Of a stretch of 64,000 bases of DNA, positions 58,835 through 64,000 are shown one piece after another. This stretch comes from Pseudomonadota bacterium (GTDB taxonomy: Bacteria; Pseudomonadota; Gammaproteobacteria; Burkholderiales; SG8-39). The position numbers and the translations under genes were made by a program. A model generated the notes under the pieces. That model saw nothing but the letters and a program-made list of their open reading frames with translations, did not search any database and was not told the origin of the DNA. The stretch spans positions 99,601-163,600 of the forward strand of contig CANGMI010000009.1 in assembly GCA_947455195.1 (NCBI GenBank), read 5' to 3'. Within the stretch, counting starts at the first letter, position 1; each line of letters begins with the position of its first letter.

Positions 58835-59926
58835 TCAGACGTTGAAGCGGAAGTGCATCACATCGCCATCCTGCACGATGTACTCCTTGCCCTCCAGACG
58901 CATCTTCCCGGCCTCGCGCGCACCCTGCTCGCCCTTGCAGGCGATGTAGTCGGCAAAGGCGATGGTCTCGGCGCGAATGAAACCATGCTCGAAATCGGTG
59001 TGGATCACACCGGCCGCCTGGGGCGCGGTTGCACCCACCCGCACCGTCCAGGCCCGCACTTCCTTCACCCCTGCGGTGAAATAGGTCTGCAAGCCCAGGA
59101 GTCTGAACCCGGCGCGAATCACGCGGTTCAGACCGGGCTCATCGAGCCCCATGTCAGCGAGGAAGATCGTCTTGTCCTCATCGGACAGATCGGCCATCTG
59201 CGCCTCGAGCGCTGCACTCACCACCACCACAGGCGCGTTTTCGCTGGCAGCGAAGGCCTGCAACCGCTCGAGGATGGGGTTGTCGGTGAAACCGTCTTCC
59301 GCGACATTGGCCACATACATGGTGGGCTTGGCAGTCAGCAGAAAGAGCGGCCGCACGACGGCCAGTTCTTCCTTCGACAGATCGACGGTGCGGGCCGCGC
59401 GCCCTTCGTTCAGCACGGGCTGGATACGATCGAGCACCGATACGATGCGCTGCGCATCCTTGTCGCCTGAACGAGCCACCTTGGCATAGCGCGCGTACTG
59501 CTTGTCGAGCGTCTGCAGGTCAGCCAGCGCCAGTTCGGTGTTGATGGTGGCCGCATCGTCCACCGGATCGACCCGACCCGCCACGTGGATCACGTTGTCA
59601 TCGTCGAAGCAGCGCACCACATGCGCGATGGCATCGGTCTCGCGAATATTGGCCAGGAACTGGTTGCCCAGGCCCTCGCCCTTGGAAGCGCCGGCCACGA
59701 GCCCCGCAATGTCGACGAACTCGACGGTCGCCGGCAGGATGCGCTGCGGCTTCACCAGCGCCGAGAGCTGCGCCAGACGCGGATCGGGCACTTCGACGAT
59801 GCCCACGTTAGGCTCGATCGTGCAGAACGGATAGTTCTCGGCGGCAATGCCCGCCTTGGTGAGCGCGTTGAAAAGGGTGCTCTTGCCCACATTGGGCAAG
59901 CCAACGATACCGATCTTCAACGCCAC
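58835..59926 (-). CDS. ychF: Redox-regulated Obg-family ATPase YchF
   Basis: [35 protein letters not shown]-terminal HFRFNV. Confidence 0.98.
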   Translation of the reverse strand: MALKIGIVGLPNVGKSTLFNALTKAGIAAENYPFCTIEPNVGIVEVPDPRLAQLSALVKPQRILPATVEFVDIAGLVAGASKGEGLGNQFLANIRETDAIAHVVRCFDDDNVIHVAGRVDPVDDAATINTELALADLQTLDKQYARYAKVARSGDKDAQRIVSVLDRIQPVLNEGRAARTVDLSKEELAVVRPLFLLTAKPTMYVANVAEDGFTDNPILERLQAFAASENAPVVVVSAALEAQMADLSDEDKTIFLADMGLDEPGLNRVIRAGFRLLGLQTYFTAGVKEVRAWTVRVGATAPQAAGVIHTDFEHGFIRAETIAFADYIACKGEQGAREAGKMRLEGKEYIVQDGDVMHFRFNV

Positions 59927-59928
59927 GA

Positions 59929-60603
59929 TTACTCTCCCTTGGGTGCGGCCCGAGCCGGCTTGGGGTTTGGACTGTCTTTGGCAGGCGCACCAGCAGGTGC
60001 CTTCGCCACGGTTTTGGGTGGTCTCGCCACCCCATGCAGATCGAGCATGGCCGCCTGCATGTCACCGGCAATGATGCGCGGCATCACGGCGAGACTGCGC
60101 TCGATGGCCGCTTCAATCGCCTCACGATCGCCCGGCGGCGGCGAGGACAGGACCCAGTCAGCGACGCGATTCCGGTCACCCGGATGCCCGATGCCGAGTC
60201 GAAGTCGCCAGAAGTCAGGCACACCGAACTGGGCTGCGATGTCACGCAAGCCGTTATGCCCGGCGATGCCACCGCCCTGCTTCAGACGCGCCACACCGGG
60301 CAGGAGATCGAGTTCGTCATGCACCACCAGCGTTTCGGCCGGCGTGATGCGATAGAAGCGTGCGAGCGGCACGACCGATTGACCCGATCGATTCATGTAG
60401 GTCTGGGGAAGGACAAGAAAAAGCTCGTCGCCGGCACCGGAGCGCCGGCCAACGAGCCCCTTGTACTTCGCATCCTGATCCAGGCGAAGACCCAGCCCCG
60501 AAGCGAGCCGCTCGAGCAACCAGAAGCCGGCGTTGTGCCGGTCGCGCTCGTGCTCCCGCCCGGGGTTGCCCAGGCCGACGATCAGGCGAATGGGCGTTGT
60601 TAT
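59929..60603 (-). CDS. pth: Peptidyl-tRNA hydrolase
   Basis: In-frame [12 protein letters not shown]...RHNAGFW lies upstream of the called TTG; [26 protein letters not shown]. Start is non-canonical (ATA 60603 or ACG 60597). Confidence 0.93.
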   Translation of the reverse strand: MTTPIRLIVGLGNPGREHERDRHNAGFWLLERLASGLGLRLDQDAKYKGLVGRRSGAGDELFLVLPQTYMNRSGQSVVPLARFYRITPAETLVVHDELDLLPGVARLKQGGGIAGHNGLRDIAAQFGVPDFWRLRLGIGHPGDRNRVADWVLSSPPPGDREAIEAAIERSLAVMPRIIAGDMQAAMLDLHGVARPPKTVAKAPAGAPAKDSPNPKPARAAPKGE

Positions 60604-61271
60604 TTCTTGCCGCCCTTGGCAGCCGGCTTCGCAGCGGCCTTCTCAGGCTGCTTGGAGGCAGGCACTGAAGACGCCGAAGGCGTTGCCTTGTCGTCATCAG
60701 CGGCGCCACGCGGCATCGGCGAGATCACGACGGCGGGGTTCTCGCGACCTCGCACGATCGGCTCGACACCGGCCGGGAACGGCAGGTCGCGCACGTGCAC
60801 GGTCTGCCCCGCCACCAGATCCTTGAGATCGACCGTGATGTACTCGGGCAGATCGGCCGGCAGGCAGCGGATGTTGATCTCGTTGAGCACGTGGCTGACG
60901 TTGGCGGCCGACACCTTCACCGCCGGCGAGATCTCGACGTTGGTGAAGTGCAGCGGCACCTTCATGTGGATCTTCTGGTCAGGCGACACGCGCTGAAAGT
61001 CGACGTGCAGCACGATCGGACGCCAGGGGTGCATGTTGAAGTCACGCAGCAGAACCTGCTCGGGCTGGCCATCGATCGTGATGGTGAGGATCGAGGCGTG
61101 AAACTTCTCGTGACGCAGCGCCTGAAAAATGGCATTGGCTTCGAGCTCGATGTTCTTCGGCTCCTTGCCGGCCCCGTAGACGATTGCAGGTACCTTGCTT
61201 GCGTGGCGCAGACGGCGGCTCGCACCCGTCCCAAGCGCCGTGCGCGATTGCGCAGCGATTTCCATTGCCAT
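60600..61271 (-). CDS. rplY: 50S ribosomal protein L25/Ctc (long form)
   Basis: GTGASRRLR, VPAIVYG, HVDFQRV, VPLHF, CLPADLPE; GGGAG SD. Confidence 0.96.
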   Translation of the reverse strand: MAMEIAAQSRTALGTGASRRLRHASKVPAIVYGAGKEPKNIELEANAIFQALRHEKFHASILTITIDGQPEQVLLRDFNMHPWRPIVLHVDFQRVSPDQKIHMKVPLHFTNVEISPAVKVSAANVSHVLNEINIRCLPADLPEYITVDLKDLVAGQTVHVRDLPFPAGVEPIVRGRENPAVVISPMPRGAADDDKATPSASSVPASKQPEKAAAKPAAKGGKK

Positions 61272-61321
61272 GATGAAACTCCCAGGTTGATGAGTTCGGC
61301 AGGCCAATCCCGCCAGACTCT

Positions 61322-61350
61322 CCGTGAGGTCCGCGACCAGACACACACGG
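61322..61350 (-). promoter_or_regulatory. Hairpin in rplY 5' leader (possible L25 autoregulatory element)
   Basis: Minus strand CCGTG-TG-TGTC-TGGTCGC-GGAC-CT-CACGG stem-loop about 50 nt upstream of rplY; function inferred from position only. Confidence 0.4.
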
Positions 61351-61415
61351 TTGATGCAACGGATCCGGACAGGCGGCCCGCGCGCGGCGCAGGGCTCGGA
61401 GGTCCGGGGGTATCC

Positions 61416-62366
61416 CTATTCGATGAACAGGGAACTGACCGAGTCCTCGTTGGAGATGCGCAGGATGGTCTCGGCCAGGAGACCCGCGATCGAGAGCACG
61501 CGAATCTTGGGGCTGGCCGCCGCATCCGGGCGCAGGGGAATGGTATCGGTCACCACGACCTCGTCGAGCGCCGATTCGGTGATGCGATCGGCGGCCTTGC
61601 CCGAGAGCACGGCGTGCGTGCAATAGGCCACCACGCGAATGGCACCACGGGCCTTGAGCACCTCGGCCGCCTTGCACAGCGTATTGGCCGTATCGACCAT
61701 GTCATCCATGATGACGCAGGTACGACCGCTCACGTCACCGATGATGTTCATCACCTCGGAGACATTCGGCCGCGGGCGTCGCTTGTCGATGATGGCCAGG
61801 TCTGACTCCAGACGCTTGGCGAGCGCACGCGCGCGCACCACCCCACCCACGTCGGGCGAGACAACCATCACCTTCTCGTAATTGTGCCGCCAGACATCAC
61901 CCAGGAGCACCGGCGCGGCATAGACGTTGTCGACTGGCACATCAAAGAATCCCTGGATCTGGTCGGCGTGCAGGTCCATGGTGAGGACGCGGTTGACGCC
62001 TACTGCCACCAGCATGTTGGCGACGACCTTGGCGCTGATGGCGACCCGCGCCGAGCGCGGGCGACGATCCTGACGGGCATAACCGAAATAGGGGATGGCC
62101 GCCGTGATCCGACCGGCCGAGGCACGCCGCAGCGCGTCGACCATGATCAGCACTTCCATCAGGTTGTCATTGGTCGGCTGGCAGGTGGACTGCAGGATGA
62201 AGCAGTCCTTGCCACGCACGTTCTCGAGGATCTCGACGGTCACCTCGCCGTCAGAGAACTTGCCGACGGTGGCATGGCCGATGGGAATGTTGAGGCGCTT
62301 CACGACCTGATGCGCGAGCATCGGGTTTGCGTTCCCCGTGAACACCATCAGGTTGTCGTAGGCCAT
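61416..62366 (-). CDS. prs: Ribose-phosphate pyrophosphokinase
   Basis: [40 protein letters not shown]. Confidence 0.98.
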   Translation of the reverse strand: MAYDNLMVFTGNANPMLAHQVVKRLNIPIGHATVGKFSDGEVTVEILENVRGKDCFILQSTCQPTNDNLMEVLIMVDALRRASAGRITAAIPYFGYARQDRRPRSARVAISAKVVANMLVAVGVNRVLTMDLHADQIQGFFDVPVDNVYAAPVLLGDVWRHNYEKVMVVSPDVGGVVRARALAKRLESDLAIIDKRRPRPNVSEVMNIIGDVSGRTCVIMDDMVDTANTLCKAAEVLKARGAIRVVAYCTHAVLSGKAADRITESALDEVVVTDTIPLRPDAAASPKIRVLSIAGLLAETILRISNEDSVSSLFIE

Positions 62367-62398
62367 GCGTGTAGCTGCTCAGAGGATGGCAGGAAGAA

Positions 62399-62475
62399 TG
62401 GCTGGGGAGGAAGGATTCGAACCCTCGTATGTCGGAATCAAAATCCGATGCCTTAACCAACTTGGCGACTCCCCA
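62399..62475 (-). tRNA. tRNA-Gln (anticodon TTG)
   Basis: TGGGGAGTCGCCAAGTTGGTTAAGGCATCGGATTTTGATTCCGACATACGAGGGTTCGAATCCTTCCTCCCCAGCCA; canonical ispE-tRNA-Gln-prs context. Confidence 0.97.
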
Positions 62476-62551
62476 GTGGACACGTCTGCCTGATGCCGTG
62501 GACACCGATACTACCTGCGACTGCCTGTCATCACATCGTGCTGACCGACAC

Positions 62552-63463
62552 TCACCACTGCCCGAGCGGGTGACCGTCGAGGCCACGCGCAAGGAAACCC
62601 TGCATGCCTGCGTCGAGCTGCGCGAACACCTCACGCGCACGCCCCTCTTCGCGGAACTCGCTGAACACGCAAGCCCCGGATCCGGTAAGCCGGGCATCGC
62701 CAAACTGACTCAGCCAGTCGAGATACCTGCCGACCACCGGGTAGCGCCTGCGCACGACTGGTTCGAGATCGTTGCGCGTTTGCTGACCGCCAAAAAAGGC
62801 AGCAATTGTCATCCGTGGGGTGTCGCGTGTCAATGCCACATCGCTGAAAATATCGCGTGTCGGCACCAGCACGGGTGGCGTCAGCACCACATACCAGGCA
62901 GGGCAGAAGCTGATCGGGGTCAACTGCTCGCCCACGCCTTCACCAAACGCATTGAAACCCCGAACGAAGAAGGGTACGTCGGCTCCCAGCGCGAGTCCGA
63001 GTCGTGCAAGATCGTCCATGGGGAGGTCAATACCCCACAGGCGGTTGAGCGCGATGAGGGTGGTTGCGGCGTCGCTGCTGCCCCCCCCCAGACCGCCACC
63101 GACGGGAATCGTCTTGTCGACGCGAATCGTCACACCGCCGCAGTTCGGGACGTACCGGCGCGCCAGTTCAGCGGCGCGCACGGCGAGATGATCGGCATCG
63201 GCCAGCCCATCGATCGGACTGGCCAGAACAATCTGCCCGTCGTCACGAGGCAAGAGCGTGATGGTGTCCCTGCGGTCAATGAGACGAAACGCACTCTGGA
63301 GCAGGTGATAGCCGTCAGGACGCCGGCCGGTCACGTGAAGAAAGAGATTGAGCTTCGCCGGGGCCGGCAGCCCCTGCCCCCAGGCAATGCCGGTCGCGCC
63401 TGTTACCCCGGGTTCGCCAGCCGTGCGGGCATCGTGGCCGGTTGCGCTCGACGGAACGCTCAT
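62552..63463 (-). CDS. ispE: 4-diphosphocytidyl-2-C-methyl-D-erythritol kinase
   Basis: PAPAKLNLFL, GGGLGGGSSDAA, LGADVPFF, LTGSGACVF; ATGA overlap with lolB. Confidence 0.96.
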   Translation of the reverse strand: MSVPSSATGHDARTAGEPGVTGATGIAWGQGLPAPAKLNLFLHVTGRRPDGYHLLQSAFRLIDRRDTITLLPRDDGQIVLASPIDGLADADHLAVRAAELARRYVPNCGGVTIRVDKTIPVGGGLGGGSSDAATTLIALNRLWGIDLPMDDLARLGLALGADVPFFVRGFNAFGEGVGEQLTPISFCPAWYVVLTPPVLVPTRDIFSDVALTRDTPRMTIAAFFGGQQTRNDLEPVVRRRYPVVGRYLDWLSQFGDARLTGSGACVFSEFREEGRAREVFAQLDAGMQGFLARGLDGHPLGQW

Positions 63464-64000
63464 GGTTCGCTCCATGACGGGAGAAAGAGCCGAATCTGCA
63501 AGGTACCGCGTGACAATTCGAGTCGCTCGGGCAGACCGGTATCGGTGTGGCGGGCCCGAACCACGACCGTCCACCCCCTCTGCCGGAGCGACGACACACG
63601 GGCGTCATCGGCCAGACGCACCGGCGCATCCAGTGGCAGGGTCGGGTCGGGCACGCCCCGCAACCACCACACCATGCCCTGCAGGGGCAAGCGCCATCCG
63701 AGCACGCGCTCGGTGAGTTCATCCGGGTCGAGCGACTGCTCGATCGGACGGTCGGGCACTTCCAGGGCATAGACGGTGCCTGTGCGCCGGACACGCGCGA
63801 TCATCCCGCCGATCGGGTCACGAATGGCGAGGTCATCGTCTTCGCGCTGATGGCGCCACTCGATGCGTCCATTGCCACCGTCCTGACCGGTCTCGGTGGG
63901 ATAACGCACCGCGAACCGTCCCTCGACGGCAAACGCCTCGTGCAGCGATCCGGCGGGCAGCGGCTTGAGCGCAAGCGGTGCGCATCCGGCCAGCACCGCA
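63460..64000 (-). CDS. lolB: Outer membrane lipoprotein insertase LolB (5' end outside window)
   Basis: Lipobox LAGC, GRFAV, LGWRLP, WLRG, QRGW; position upstream of ispE. Confidence 0.88.
   Translation of the reverse strand, partial: AVLAGCAPLALKPLPAGSLHEAFAVEGRFAVRYPTETGQDGGNGRIEWRHQREDDDLAIRDPIGGMIARVRRTGTVYALEVPDRPIEQSLDPDELTERVLGWRLPLQGMVWWLRGVPDPTLPLDAPVRLADDARVSSLRQRGWTVVVRARHTDTGLPERLELSRGTLQIRLFLPSWSEP

Overview
GC-rich betaproteobacterial chromosome segment (Burkholderiales-like, judged from four Bug/TctC receptors and core gene style). 1-20.6 kb is an accessory region ending at the 3' end of tRNA-Lys, with no integrase visible. It holds an MFS pump, Bug receptors, a stand-alone HAD+PRTase protein (probable ribofuranosyltransferase), a phosphite-oxidation operon ptxABCD behind six tandem Pho-box half-sites, and an orphan HExxH protein. 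It also holds an MhpR-like IclR-controlled aromatic catabolic cluster: phenol-type flavin monooxygenase, FGly sulfatase/phosphonate-monoesterase-type hydrolase, two VanA/TsaM-type Rieske oxygenases, a MetE-core-like Zn enzyme and a Bug. 20.6-33 kb: tRNA-Lys, an exported Rid protein, and yebC-eamA-ruvCAB-ybgC-tolQRAB-pal-cpoB-yeeE. 33-47.7 kb: metabolic genes (SDR, class II aldolase, MHS transporter, DapA-like, quinone reductase, gabD, UbiD, methyltransferase, GT4, DUF853, ABC-F). 47.7-56.8 kb: a type I secretion system with a 1610-aa Ig-repeat adhesin. 56.9-64 kb: lolB-ispE-tRNA-Gln-prs-rplY-pth-ychF plus VOC and Bug genes. Most notable: the catabolic cluster with a duplicated 17-bp operator abutting ptxD, the orphan ribofuranosyltransferase, and apparent non-canonical stop-overlapping starts for pth (ATA) and the TolC gene (CTG). 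All assignments come from motif recognition by eye; no searches were run.
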